Below are positions 23,808-37,235 of a stretch of DNA of 64,000 bases, piece after piece. A model generated the notes under the pieces. That model searched no databases and was not told where the DNA came from. It saw only the letters and a program-made list of their open reading frames with translations. The DNA is from Folioceros fuciformis. Lineage: Eukaryota. The stretch covers positions 1 to 64,000 of the forward strand of contig JBNGIO010006150.1 in the NCBI GenBank assembly GCA_049999805.1. Direction: 5' to 3'. Both the position numbers and the translations under genes were made by a program. Within the stretch, counting starts at the first letter, position 1; every line of letters starts with the position of its first letter.

Positions 23808-25397
23808 ATGTTGCAATGCCGCAGTACGTGGTCTCGGGTTTGAGACCTGGGAGAGAAAGAGAGTTGTTGGAGGAGCTGGTGCCCTGTAACGCGTTGGGCT
23901 CGAGGATGGTGTCCTTATCTGTCTTCGGAGAAGAACCTTATGCTATTCATTACAGCAAATAAGGATAAGGTGCTTGCCTGATTTGGGTCATGCTCGTCTT
24001 CCTGATCCTCTCCGCCCTTTGAAGGAGTGTGTTCTAATGGGGGTTTGCACTGTAACAGGTTACAACCTCGACCAGTGACAGTCGGAGTGATCTCAAAGTA
24101 CGCACAGTTTCTCCTGGTAGTGTGAGATGGATGGCGTATTACACTTAGAGGCAGCAGACGCTTGGTCCTCACTTATCTCTTTCGGCAGCCATATTGGAGG
24201 GATAGCTCGTAAGAAAAATATCTGTGATTGGGTCTTGCTCGACCGGCCGGCCGGGTTAGGCGAAGAACGGAGACTTAATTGCCTGCTCATGAAGCAGGCG
24301 TCTTGTTGTCAGTGACTGTTGTCCAGTTTGATCAATATGATCTGCACAGTAAGAAACAGAAGTCGGTTCTTAATTGGTTCTATTCCTCAACATCAATCTG
24401 CGAGCGTTTGATCCCATGCTTTGTTTGGTGCACATCCAAGACGATTTGAGCTGGGTACGGGGATCTGGATGACCAGCAGCCATTATCCATCTGGGCGCAA
24501 GCTTTGAGAACCTTTCATGTCATCCTCGATTCCGGTGTACATGCAAGACATACTGAGCTGCAGTCGGTGTACATGTAAGACAAAGTGAGCTGGGTATTGG
24601 AATTTGGAATACCAGCAACGGCCATAGGAATTGCACTGACTGGCGTTGCATAGACGCTAGAAGGGGCAGTCCCATGGCCAGGATTGCCTAGGTCCTTGCA
24701 GAAAGCAGGCGGGTGTCGATCAAGTAGTTTTGACGGAATCGGATGATATGTCCTCTTTCTCAGATTCCTGTACAAGCCTGCCATTGAAATACTTTGCACC
24801 TCTTCACAACGCACGTAGGAGAGGTGAAGCTCATACTGCACATCTGGAGTGCATGGACAAAGGTACGATCCTCTCCACCAAAGCCCACTGTTCTGTGCAG
24901 CAACGTGCAACAATGAACGTTCTTGTAGGTCCCAACTTCCAGATATGAGCTGCTTATCTGTTCATATCTGACATCCTAACTGCTTGACATGGTTGCTTGC
25001 CTGTCCCAGTGGTCTGGCGTTGGAGATTTCAGATAATCGTCTTCCAGCGTGTCATGAGGACATTTTGCCTCAGCCTAGTCTGGCAACTCAGACATTTTGT
25101 CGGGACCGCCTAGCCTGGCAACGCTCGGTCCCGAGCAGGGACCGAGCCTTTTTGTGACCCATGATCACGAAATATAATATGTAATATATAAAAATTTATG
25201 AATATTAATATGAAGAAAAAAATGTTTGGTATATTCTATCGTTGGGGCTCGCCTTTTCAAGCTTGAAAAATAACATTCCAGTCTATCTTCCTAACCAAGG
25301 AATCGTTATTTATGTAATTGAGGAAATAAGATGGAAAAACAAGTCCATCCTTAAAAGAGAGATAAACCTTGATAGTGACACTATGGGCCAACCCCTA

Positions 25398-25765
25398 AAG
25401 CTTAATGACTATCAATAGATTATGGTGTAGGATAGAAAAGCTTAATGACTATCAATAGGTTATGGTGTAGGATAGAAAGGCTCTACCTACATTATGGTCT
25501 AAGGATGAGAAAGGCTCTACCTACNNNNNNNNNNAGGCTCTACCTACATTATGGTCTAAGGATGAGAAAGGCTCTACCTACGTTATGGTCTAAGGATGAG
25601 AAAGGCTGAGAAAGGCTCTACCTACATAAAGGCTCTACCTACATTATGGTCTAAGGATGAGAAAGGCTCTACCTACATTATANNNNNNNNNNAAAGGTTG
25701 ATGAGAAAGGCTCTACCTATATTATACCTACATTATGGTTTGGGATGAGAAAGGTTTTACCTATA
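25398..25765. repeat. Minisatellite: two 41-bp units then an array of ~34-bp units (aaaggctctacctacattatggtctaaggatgag), with two N gaps
   Basis: Seen directly; the gaps suggest a collapsed array. Confidence 0.92.
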
Positions 25766-25829
25766 CTAGGTTGCTCACGCTGCCTCTCCTGCCAACGTTG
25801 TCATCTTGTATATGACATTATCTAAAGTA

Positions 25830-26720
25830 TGTTGTAGAGCAATAGAAACCCTTTGCTAAAACAACGCTACAATATATGAAAGAGGAAGACCAAGCCCATT
25901 TTTTTTTTTGTGAATTGTCTTGGAGCAAGACTTCAAAAACTTGGAAAATGCTTTGCACTTCACCCCGTGGGTCCCAATGGTAAGGGAGAGAAAGGTGTGT
26001 CCAGCTTGTAGAGGGGTGTACTTGTGAACCTTGGCCGATGTACACCCCTTTGCCGTCCAACTCGAAGAGTTGAGGATAATATGCTTCCAAACCGTGACCT
26101 ATGGGGAGTCAGGTACAATCACGTTGGCAATAAAAACTTGTTGATCTAATTGAATAAGGAAAAGGTTAGCCCAAAGAGAAACACCATTAGGTAGAGTGTA
26201 CAAGCGCTCCCTAAAGGGCAGAAAGCCAGCCTCCTTGGCCAACAAAAATAGGACATCTCACACAGCATCATGCATAACAATCCATTGACCCCCACCTGGA
26301 CAACAGGTAAGATGAGTACCAGAGTTGTCTAGAGGTGCCCCACAACTGCAAGAGGAGAGAGAGCATACCACAGGTTGGACCAAACCAAGGCCAAACTTCA
26401 TTGCAATAGAGAAAGTGGTTGGTGCGATTCAGAAAGCCTAGATGCTAGGTCAAGCCAAGAGCTTGCGCCATTTCCTAAGCATGAACAAAGTCGTGCCTGA
26501 ACAGGCTTGGGGATAGAAGAATCCCGAAGAATATTAAGTTGCATTTGCTCATATTCCTTCTCAAGAAGAGAAGCTTGAAGCCCTCAAATTCTAACTGCAA
26601 GAAGAGATGAAAACGTAAGCATAGTAGTCCTAGCCTTAGAAGAAAGAGCGTCCTTAGCCGATCTTAGGGACATCTGCCAAGGGAGGGCACCCTCCTTGAT
26701 ATCAAGAATGAAACATTCCA
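25830..26720 (-). mobile_element. Degenerate 3' part of a non-LTR retrotransposon with restriction-like endonuclease (CRE-like)
   Basis: Manual translation across stops and frameshifts: ARLCSCLGNGASSWL, FSIAMKFGLGL, CSCG..LDNSGTHLTCC..HDAV*DVL..AKEAG, AKVHKY..TFLSLTIGTHG. Confidence 0.7.
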
Positions 26721-28309
26721 AAATGCAAGCATATGATTTAGGGTTCTCCTTAACGGGCGGACCGTTGATGGATATACTCAAAAATGCATCAAGGGTCAAA
26801 ATATTAAGATTAGTTCTCATGTTATTTATCACAAAGTTTTGTTTAGAAAATCCCGGTTCACATACTACAGTACTACAAGGTATGACTAAACATAATTCCC
26901 AAAGATGTAATATAGAGGGTGTTAGTACTACCCACTCCCGAGTTGTTGAATATATTTTGTAAGCTGCTAACATACTCAATCTAGCATTAGGAGACTTCAA
27001 GATGGACACAAATGCTAGCAACTCAGCTTGACACACCTCATCAACCACAAAAGGGTCGACAACATTAGTATTTGCATCCATAGAGCTAGTTCCAAACTTT
27101 TTTAACAATACCTCTAACAAATTATTAACTACCTCACTCCAAAAAATAGATGGTATATATAAGGTTTTTTTGTTTCACTTTTTGTTACAATAGTCGAAAG
27201 TGTTACAACAACTAGTTCGAGCCATTGCCCTAGTCATCTTATTACGCTCCATTATAACACAAAGTTTCTTAATTGATTTCTACATCACTTGTGCTATTCC
27301 GAACCTGCTCCCCATATGGCCCCTTCTTTTGAAATGCCCTCAATAGACGGGGATTCAGATTTCAAGCACGGTGCTCAAATACCAAAGCTACGGAAATGTA
27401 GTTTATTCTCCTTGTCATTAAAAACCATTTACATAATAATTACAACAATCCGGTCCCAGACAAAACCCGTGGTGCACATGCTGAATGAAGGGACCATTAC
27501 AATATGTATTATTCCTCCACCACAAGTGTCATGCCATTGTAGTAGCTTGTGTGTCTAGTACTAGTGCCATCAGAAGCTAATTTGCCTTGCATTGCTGCCC
27601 TTGAGAAACTCCCCCTCATACACCTCGACTCTCAATGGATTAAGGAGGGTTGTGATTTGAAACACATACACATGTGTTCGGGTTGCAAGCAGAGTAAACA
27701 ACAAACCTCCAGCAAGTGTGGCTACGAACCTGTCTTGTTGAAGGTTCGGTGGTTCGAGTGCAATCCAAACGGGAGGTCCCCCTATATTAGAGAAACCATC
27801 ACAGGATTCCACTCTATACATTCTGGCCGACATTGCTCTTACATCCCTAATGGAGTCGACACATCGTTCATATGGCATGAACAAGAAACACAATGTGTCT
27901 TAGTACCAGACGTGTTGGCAGAGCATCGAGGCTGGGTCTTGGCTGTTCGAACACTAGCACGGGCATGGAGAGTGGAAAATGAATGATGTGAATCCGATCT
28001 CCATGCCCGTTAACGGCATTCATGATCAGATGGGCAAGTGGTGTGCCTGCTTTTGATTCCTCCCTCACAGTTGTAGTTTGGTCAATGTTCAATGAAAAAC
28101 ATTGAAACATATGTGAGTAGTTTTATTTTCATTGAGAAGAAAGCACTTGCTTTTGAAATAGTCGCCTTGCGAAGATGGATATGCCCACAAGGATGCATCC
28201 CCTTCATTTTGTGCATGCCATACATGGGTAGGCATGATTATCGACCACGTTTTGTGCATGTGAAGTTGACTTGGTTTGAAAGTGACGTGCTTGCTTATCT
28301 AATTTGTGG

Positions 28310-28775
28310 CTTCATTATCTACATGTAAAAAATGATGGCCTAATTATTATAGATTGCTCTACATGGCATGCATGCGGGACCCGATCTCCGCAAAGTTAAG
28401 TTTGGCTCTAACTACGTGACAGGTTTTGTGAATTAAGATAAGACGGAAGCCGAAAGGGCTTGGTGGTGATGGCTTCGTGTAGGCTCAATTGCTCTTCATT
28501 GAGTGGCATGCATTGCGGCCTCATTATCTACAAGTAAAAAATCATGGCCTAATTATAATAGATTCCTCTACATGACATGCATCCATGACCCCATGTCCGC
28601 AAAGTTAAGTTTGGCTCTAACTATGTGGCAGCTTTTGTGCATTTAGATAAACTGGAAGAGCTTGGTGGTAACAACGTCGCGTAAGCTCGACTGCCCTTCA
28701 TTGAGTGGCATGCATTGCGGCCTCATTATCTACACGTAAAAAATGATGGCCTAATTATAATAGATTACTCTGCAT
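28310..28775. repeat. ~200-210-bp tandem repeat, ~2.3 copies
   Basis: cattatctaca.gtaaaaaat.atggcctaatta at 28313, 28523 and 28724. Confidence 0.9.
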
Positions 28776-28899
28776 GAGTTTTGGTGGAACACGGGCCATG
28801 AATTTTGGAGACACGGGCAACACTAGATCTTTCTATATACATACGATGATGTTTATATGTTTATATGTTTATACGTCCTTTCTCGTATATAACATATGT

Positions 28900-29400
28900 A
28901 GACTGTACCACTGGTATGTGGCATTGATCAAATATAATGACACGTAGCGGCATAGCCAAGATGCCTAAACAGTTTTTATGTCATCTTGGGCCCAAACAAT
29001 ATTAATGGCATGGTGTCCCAATAGCATTAATGACATGGTGTCTAATGTTGTGTGATATGAAATGCATAGCCACCCTTTTTTGTGTACGACATATGTAAAC
29101 TTAGTATACATCTATTATGTGGCATTAATAAAATATAGTGACACGGAGCCCAAGAGACCCGATCAGTATTCATAGCATCTTGGGCCCAAACCGAATTAAT
29201 GGCATGGTGTCCCAATAGCATTAATGGCATGGTGTCCTAGTGAAATGCGTAGCCCATCCTTTCTTGTACACAACATATGTAGACTCAGTATACCGCTACT
29301 CTGTGGCATTAATAAAATACAGCCCAAGAGTCCCATCAGTATTCATGGCATCGCCCAAACGGTAATAAAGGCATGGTGTCCCATGATGTGTGAATGTGTA
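28900..29400. repeat. Diverged ~190-bp tandem repeat with internal ggcatggtgtcc subrepeats
   Basis: catcttgggcccaaac..ttaatggcatggtgtcccaatagcattaatg at ~28982 and ~29176, with a third diverged copy. Confidence 0.8.
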
Positions 29401-32400
29401 GCTCGAGGTGTAGCATAGCAGGCCCACAAGGGGCCATAATGCAAACCATACCAAACACCTAAGCAAAGAAACCGTGACAACGGTTAGTTATCATGATATT
29501 AGAGTTACAATTTTTGTTACAATATCCTGGCTCGGTATCACCAAACCTAACTGTAACAATTGCCACAAATGTGTTACAAATAACCTCCTTTTAGTTACAC
29601 TATACCGTAATATGGATGCCCAGCATGTACTAGTGACTATACACGCTCATCTACATCTGCAAGATAAAATTCAGGACTGAATAAACGACAAGCATACAAC
29701 ACAGAAAGATCACGAAACTTATTATTCACTACATCAAAAATAGCTAAAGCACATTTATTAATACTAGCAATGCAAAAACTTAGTTCGCTTTCAGAGTAGT
29801 CAGATATTACAAAACCCTCATACATTTTTCAAGTTTCCAATGAAAGAGGAAAGCTTTCCACTACTTTCCCATACTCACCCTAAACCTATGACATGACCTA
29901 TTAACTTTATACATACTTTTGACTTGTTTAATAAAAGAATATATGATAGAAGCTATGCTAACTAGCTCTAGATAATCACATTGAAAGTTAGTATTCAAGG
30001 AAGTAAGGACCTCTAAAATATGTGATAAAAAGTGAAATGAAAATAAGGCCTTAGTAATTAGTAAAGCTTGGAAGATAGTCTTCCCTTGCAAAGAAGAAGA
30101 ACTACTTACTTATTGGCTTTTGGTCAATTTAGGCTCTCATCCTCTTGAGCAAATTTAAGCAAAACTGGTAATAAACAAACTATTCTACTCATGACTTGAC
30201 TTTTAGACAACCAACGCACATCATGAATTCCTGATACAGTTAAGACTTGCATTTCTGATTGCACTTGCAATTCACTCAAAGACGTAGCCTTCTTACTTAA
30301 ATGATGAAGAGCAACGTGTAATTCCCTCACAATCTTGTTCGCCACCTCAAAGTTGGGAACCTTCAATGTTGCCTCTATAGCTGCAAGTGTCGTACAGCGA
30401 GAAAATCGATGAGTTTGAGCAAAATACGAATTCACATTACGCGAAAAATTCACAACATTGTGATCTCCACGGCCTTCTTTCTTGCCAATCATGATTGATG
30501 CTCCATCGCCTGCAAATCCACTCATTTTTTAAATGTCAATATCCGCAATTGCTCAACCAAGGCGTTGGAGATACCTTCCCATTGTGCACTTGTTATGTTG
30601 GCTAGCTTCAAAACTCCGTTCGTACCATCCCATTATGCAAATAATACTCATAAATAATTATATATTGCACCATCGTCTTATTAGTCCCTTCATCTATGAG
30701 TATTCTGTACTATGGACTTGCACGCAACCTCTCCTTTTGTTGTTCGCGTAAAAAAGTTGGTTGAGAACCACATGCTCCTTACAAACACTATTTATAAGAT
30801 ATGAACCATATCTGGGATGCCCTTCACTCCAATATCCCTCATGAACTCACAAAGGTCTTTACACATATGGAAACTCAAATCTTCTTAGCAATAAAATAAG
30901 AGAACTTCAACAAGTTGAGAATCTCCTTATCCTCTTTGTTTTATATTAATATAAAATATTAATATAAAACATACAACTCCACCCAATAAAATGCAACCTT
31001 CCATTCTTCCTTGAAACTCTTTGTCTTTTGCACGTTTTATCTCTTTTAACTCAGTTGATTTGTTTGGTTATTGTCGCCACTCCTTGTTTAATTATCATGT
31101 GTAGCTCCTCCAAAAAACTTGGATGTTGCAATTTGAGAAAAATGAGCTATCTTTATTCGCAATTGTTTTTTAAAATATTATAGCACATGAAGAGCCAAAA
31201 AAAAGTTTTAAAGAAGAAGAGGTTAAAATGAGATGAGCTCAAACAAAAATGACTGTTAAATCTAAGGAGCTCAAAAACAGCTCTTAAAAAAAAAGAGCAC
31301 TTACCAAGAAGAAACAAGGAAGGAGAATAAGAAGCAAGAAAGAAGAACAAGCATACCACAATGAGAAGAGCAATAATGAGTGATGCTCCAAATGCTAGTG
31401 TTGTGGCCTTATGTACTATATATGATATGATATGAGTTCTATGTAAGCCTATGGTTATGAGATACCATATCTTTAGTCATGATGATACGTGTGTGCAAAT
31501 TAACAAATTATTGTGTACATGAATAACTACATTCAAAGAAAAATATTATTATTACATATCTATTTGTAACAATATCTATAGATGTATCAAAATAAGCTAA
31601 TAAAATCTCATAGATAAATAAAGACATAGCTGATAAATCCTACGGTAAGTGTCTTTATGACCATACTAATTATAAATTGGGTCCATATGTACATAATAGA
31701 TATAAATAGTTGGATATAAAATTAAATAACTTTCTAAGTCTAAACTGAACCATTTATGAGGTCCCTGAAAAAATAGGGGATCGAGGGTTGGGACCGACTC
31801 TTAAAGAACCTCTAGTCCCAAGTTCTTTTCTTCTTCGTTTTATTCTCAGTTTTTTTTATATCTTTCTTATTATATATACTTAAATTTACATATGAAGTGA
31901 GATACATGCATATTATCATCATAGTGCATACATACACATCATCCAAAGGTTGAAGAGATTATAATAAAAAACAAAGAAAAACAAAGTGGGCCTGCGGCTA
32001 AGTTGGAGGGCTAAGGGCCTTCGTGAAGGAATAGGACAGATAAAATACCATAAGGAGACAATCATGTTTGCTAGGTGTGGGCCTGAACATAAAATAAATC
32101 TGTACAAGCTTTTTCACATTCAATAAAACGCCGTGCGTATGGACTGCGCCATGAAACGAATTGCGCACACCTTATCACCGTTGGTGATAATAAAGCCATC
32201 CAAGTTGATGTCACAGTAATCCGACTGATGCGAATTAAAATAGAGTAACGCGTTGGTCACGCGTGGCGGAGAGTGTCCGCCTAGAGAGCAAGCTGGTTGG
32301 AAACGGGGATCCCAGATGTCTGTCGCCTCGCCTCATGACATCTCCCAGCCGGAGCTCAGGTGCACTAGGACGGGGTGAAATCCTTGCTTTCTTGTGGTTC

Positions 32401-32645
32401 AGATCTTGTCTGCAAGAATTGTAGCTAGAAGCTGGATGAAAGACCGGGAGCAGAATCTGATGGCTTGAAATGTGGGCTTTTTCTGCGTGGCACAGCACCG
32501 CGGAGGCAGCGAGCTGATCAAGATTTCAGCTCGGCTTGGACGAACTAAGCAGATCAGGATTTCAGCCAGGACAGAAGAGCGAAGTGGAAGTGCAGCCCGG
32601 CGCTGGTGCTGAGGCGGCCTCAGGGGCACTGGAGCAGCGGGCGAC

Positions 32646-35600
32646 ATGGGGGTGAAGATGGATCTCTACCGATCCGAGGACATGGAGCTTGTGCAGCTCA
32701 TAATCCCTGCTGAGTCTGCACATGATACCGTGACCTATGTGGGGGAGCTCGGTTTGATCCAGTTCAAGGATGTATGAATCGAAGCGCTTGCCTTTTCTGC
32801 CCCTGCCGCCTGAAGGCATTTTGGTTTGCAGCGGCGTAGGGGATGGGCGGGCGGATTGTATTCCTGGTGAAATTAATGTTGGTCTTGTTGTGTGGATTGG
32901 CAGCTCAACTCCGACAAAAGTCCGTTTCAGCGAACTTTTGCCGTCCAGGTAGTGTGTTGGAGCACGGTGTGTCATGTGAGGGTGTCCGGGTTTGGTTTTG
33001 CAAGATGGGGTTTTGAGCAACAGTGCCGGTTACGTTCAGGTGAAGCGCTGTGGAGAGATGGAGAGGAAGCTGAGGTTCTTCAAGGATCAGCTCACTAAAG
33101 CTGGCCTACATCCTGCCGCAAGACCGGTTTCGGAAATCGACGTTAATCTTGATGAGCTTGAGGTGCGTGTGTCGTGCCTGGTTGCACGTTATGTGGCAAT
33201 GCTTTATCTTGGAGCACTACGTTGTGACCCACCTGTGCTCAGGTCAAGCTTGCGGACTTGGAGTCAGAGCTGCTGGAGATCAACGCTAACAGTGAAAAGT
33301 TGACGCGCAGTCATAGCGAACTTAATGAGCTTAGGCTGGTATTGCAACAGGTGGGTTGACGCTCTAAGGAGTGTATACTTGACTTGAGTTGGTTCTGAGC
33401 GTGATGTGACGTGTGTCCAAGAACCTAGTGAATGGTCCAAGGATCTTCTGTCGTGGATTTTGTCTACACTGAGAGTAGCCTTGTGTGCCTTGACAGGCAG
33501 GAGCTTTCTTCACGTCAGCCCGCTCCACGGCAACCGCAGCACAAAGGGAACTTGACAGTGCTTCTCCAGCTTCTGGGGACGAAATAGACAGCCCCCTGCT
33601 CGAGCAGGTGTGTTCTCTTCTCAAGTATCTAATGCAGTAGCCTTAGGTGGTCGTGTACTGAGTTGCCAGTGATGAGTAATCTGACAATATCCCTCGTCGG
33701 TTTCTGTGATTGTTCCAGGAAATGCAGACTCAGCCTTCTAAACCAGTTCGCTTGGGGTTCATTGCTGGCGTAGTGCCCACAGAGAAATCCCTGGCATTTG
33801 AGCGAATCCTGTTCCGAGCAACGCGCGGAAATATGTTCCTCAAGCTTGCCCCTATCCAAGATTCTATCGTGGATCCAGTCACTGGTGAAAAGGTAGATGG
33901 AGGAGTCGTTTTGGAAGTCAGAGAAATGGACATGTGGGTGGTGCAAAGTTGGAGATGCTTTTTGCGTTTGAATATTCTAACATTTTCCACCTGGCAATGG
34001 TGCACTAGATGGCGAAATCAGTGTTCGTGGTGTTCTTTGCTGGAGAGAGGGCACGCACCAAGATATCCAAAATTGCTGACGTTTTTGCTGCCAACTGCTA
34101 CCCTTTCCCTGACGACGTCCCCAGTCAAAGGAAGCTGCTGCAAGATGTAATGAAGTGAAGTGAAATTATCTGGAAGCAGCAAGGTTCTGAATTGCAGTAG
34201 AGTGTGGCTTCTGAACGAGGTGCTTTCTTCTCCCAGGTTGCAGCGAGGCTAGAGGATCTCCAGACAACCATTGATGCAAGCACCTACCATCGGGACAGTG
34301 TGCTGACAACAATTGGGTATCAGCTGGAGCAGTGGGTCGCGCTGGTATGTACCCTTGGGCTTGCCTTGGTTAGTTGATTTGCTGTGCTGGTGAGGGCTGC
34401 AAAAGGTTTGGCTTGCCATGTCCCTCAGCTAGTGCCAGGATTTGTGTATTGTAGGTACGCCGGGAAAAGGCTGTGTTTCATGTTCTCAATTTGTTAAGCA
34501 TGGATGTGACGAAGAAATGCCTTGTGGGTGAGGGCTGGTGTCCTGTGGCTTCAAAGGCTAAGGTAAGCTTGCGGACACAGAGCACTCGGGATTGCAGGCC
34601 CAATGACTCCCGACTCCCTGCTCATGATTTCTTATTTTACTTCACCAGATTCAGGATGCTCTTCAGCGGGCTGCATTTGATAGCAATTCTCAAGTTGGAA
34701 CAATATTTCAAGTTTTGCATACAAAAGAGGAGCCTCCCACTTATTTTATAACGAACAAGTTCACTAACTCGTTTCAAGAGATTGTAGATGCTTACGGGTG
34801 AGTGGAAGTTCTGGAGTGTTGTTTGTGTCAAAGCCTGAGTGGATGTTCTGAGGGTCGGTGTGTGTCAAAGCGGTCATTCTTCGGCTCCGTCTGAACTGGG
34901 TTGTGGTTTTTGGGGTTGCAGAATTGCCAAATATCACGAAGCAAATCCTGGGGTTTTCACAATCATCAGCTTCCCATTCCTCTTCGCTGTTATGTTCGGT
35001 GACTGGGGCCATGGGATTGTGCTATTTCTGGCATCTCTTTATCTCATTGCAAATGAAAAGAAGTACTTACGAACGGTAAGGTTCTGGAGCTATGTACCTT
35101 TCCCCCTTCCATTGTTTGGTTACGCATCAATATTTGGTCTCATTTGTTTTTTTTGGGTGACAGAAATTGTCAGATATGGTGGAAATGACATTTGGAGGAA
35201 GATATGTGATCCTGCTCATGTCAATCTTTTCCATGTACACAGGACTCATTTATAATGAGTTCTTCTCCGTTCCTTTTGAGATCTTTGGCAAAACTGCTTA
35301 CTCATGCACAGTATCTGAAGACTACTGCAGGTATTACTTTTGAAGCAGTTGTCAATTCCGTTTGCTGTTGAATGGGATAGTTGTTGGTACCGCAACATGA
35401 AATCTGGCCCTTTGATTGAAAGCTGTTAATGTCAGTGCAGCAAGGAAGGCTTGCAAAAAGTTGGACCAACTTATCCTTTTGGTATCGACCCCATTTGGCA
35501 TGGTACTCGATCTGAGCTCCCCTTTTTGAACTCTGTGAAGATGAAAATGTCAATACTGCTGGGGGTTGCACAAATGACACTGGGAATATTCCTGAGCTTG

Positions 35601-36942
35601 TCGAATGCAAGGTTCTTCAAGAACTCTTTGAACATATGGTAGGTGTGATAACATTAATGTTTTGAAGTAACGTTGTGTGAAGGTTTAATGGTCATGGTGT
35701 GAAACTAACTTCTCATGTCTGCTCGCGTTGGTTGACTTACTTTGTGGCAGGTATGAATTTGTGCCTCAGCTGCTTTTCCTTGGCGCCCTTTTTGGATATC
35801 TGTGTGTCCTTATCATCATCAAGTGGGTAACAGGCTCACAGGCAGATCTCTATCATGTGATGATATACATGTTTTTGTCTCCCATGGAGGATCCAGGGGA
35901 AAATCAACTGTTCTGGGGTCAAAGAGGGGTTCAGGTAATGAAATGGGGCATCTGTAGGACAAAGTGTCAGTGTGGAGATTTTTGGTGAATGTTGCAGTGT
36001 TTTCCTGATATTGATTCTGATCCCTCAGTAGTGTTTCTGGTTTCCAGGTGGTGTTATTGCTGATTGCACTCGTTGCTGTTCCCTGGATGCTTTTGCCTAA
36101 ACCTTTGATCCTAAGAAGCCGGCATATTAACGTGAGATTTGAGATTTTGCATCTGTCCATTCCCCTTTTCCTTGTTTCAGTTCTTGTTTCCCCTTGAGTT
36201 CTTCAAGTCTTAAAGTCTTTTTTCGCTGGGCATTATGGACGACAGAAACTGCAAAATCAGAGGTATGAAGCCCTCAGGGAGTCAGACACGGATGATATCC
36301 ACGACGAGGATCACAATGAGCACGAAGAGTTTGAATTTAGTGAGGTCTTTGTTCACCAGATGATCCACACCATCGAGTTTGTTCTTGGAGCAGTTTCGAA
36401 TACAGCTTCATATCTCCGGCTCTGGGCGTTGAGGTATCGCGCTTTGATTTTCCTCCTCCCCCTTTGTTACATCATTTAGCATGGTCTACGTGGTCTGTTG
36501 TTTGTTGCATCACTCGACATGGATTTTCTGTCTTGCGGAGCGTGCATCAGTTTATATGTCATCTGATTCTCTGCTCGTCGTCATGTTGCAGTCTTGCTCA
36601 TTCACAGCTGTCATCTGTCTTCTACGAAAAAGTTCTGCTAACTGCATTCTCGTAAGGCTGACCAATGACCTGCAAGAGAACCTTTTTGCAACAAACTCTG
36701 ATCATGTGCCGCGGTTCTAACATCACGATATCCGCAGGTACTCCAACCCTGTGTTCTGGGTCATCGGTTTCCTGGTGTTTGCGCTTGCTACAATTGGCGT
36801 GTTACTGGTCATGGAGACCCTAAGTGCATTTCTGCACGCATTAAGGCTTCACTGGGTGGAATTCCAAAACAAGTTCTTCGCGGGCGATGGCTACAAGTTC
36901 CAACCATTCTCCTTCAAAACTCTGCCAGAGGACGAAATATAG
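32646..36942 (+). CDS. VHA-a: V-type H+-ATPase subunit a, many exons
   Basis: [81 protein letters not shown]. Confidence 0.96.
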
Positions 36943-37235
36943 TTCCCCGCGATCACCCCCCCTGCGTCGTCGACCTTGGTTTTAGCCTGTTGGCCACTAG
37001 GCGCAGCACTCGACGTAAACAATGGTCGATGATTTCACGTTTTATGGGTGTGTGACGGGCAATGGTACTTCTAGGTGCTTGTGTGTCCCCAGTGGCATGT
37101 GCACCTAGGTTGGTGGAAGGATGCAGCAAGCAAGCACAGGGTTGGTTTTTACTATAGTCACCATGGAAACCTACTGTGCTGCGCGGTGTCCTCCTCTGTA
37201 ATCTAATTGGTTGCCAGGAATTCCGTGGTGGCGTC

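Larger units (their letters stand above)
27135..29635. mobile_element. Probable non-autonomous CACTA-like element inserted in the hAT ORF
   Basis: Begins CACTC and ends TAGTG; flanks cct/act; GTTACA(A) subterminal repeats at both ends; hAT coding sequence resumes on each side. Confidence 0.6.
26730..31150 (-). mobile_element. Degenerate hAT (ZNF862-like) transposase, split by a nested insertion
   Basis: IDEGTN (~30690), DGASIMIG, DVRWLS, FLSHIL..L..LN..FQ and dimerisation motif IPCSTVVCEPGFS (~26870). Confidence 0.85.

Noticed and set aside
24093..24960. Short ORFs including an LISGSWD (WD40-like) word
   Set aside because: Single isolated motif surrounded by stops.
25398..25765. CRISPR-like appearance of this array and the one at 62577-62856
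   Set aside because: Head-to-tail repeats without unique spacers, no cas genes, eukaryotic context.
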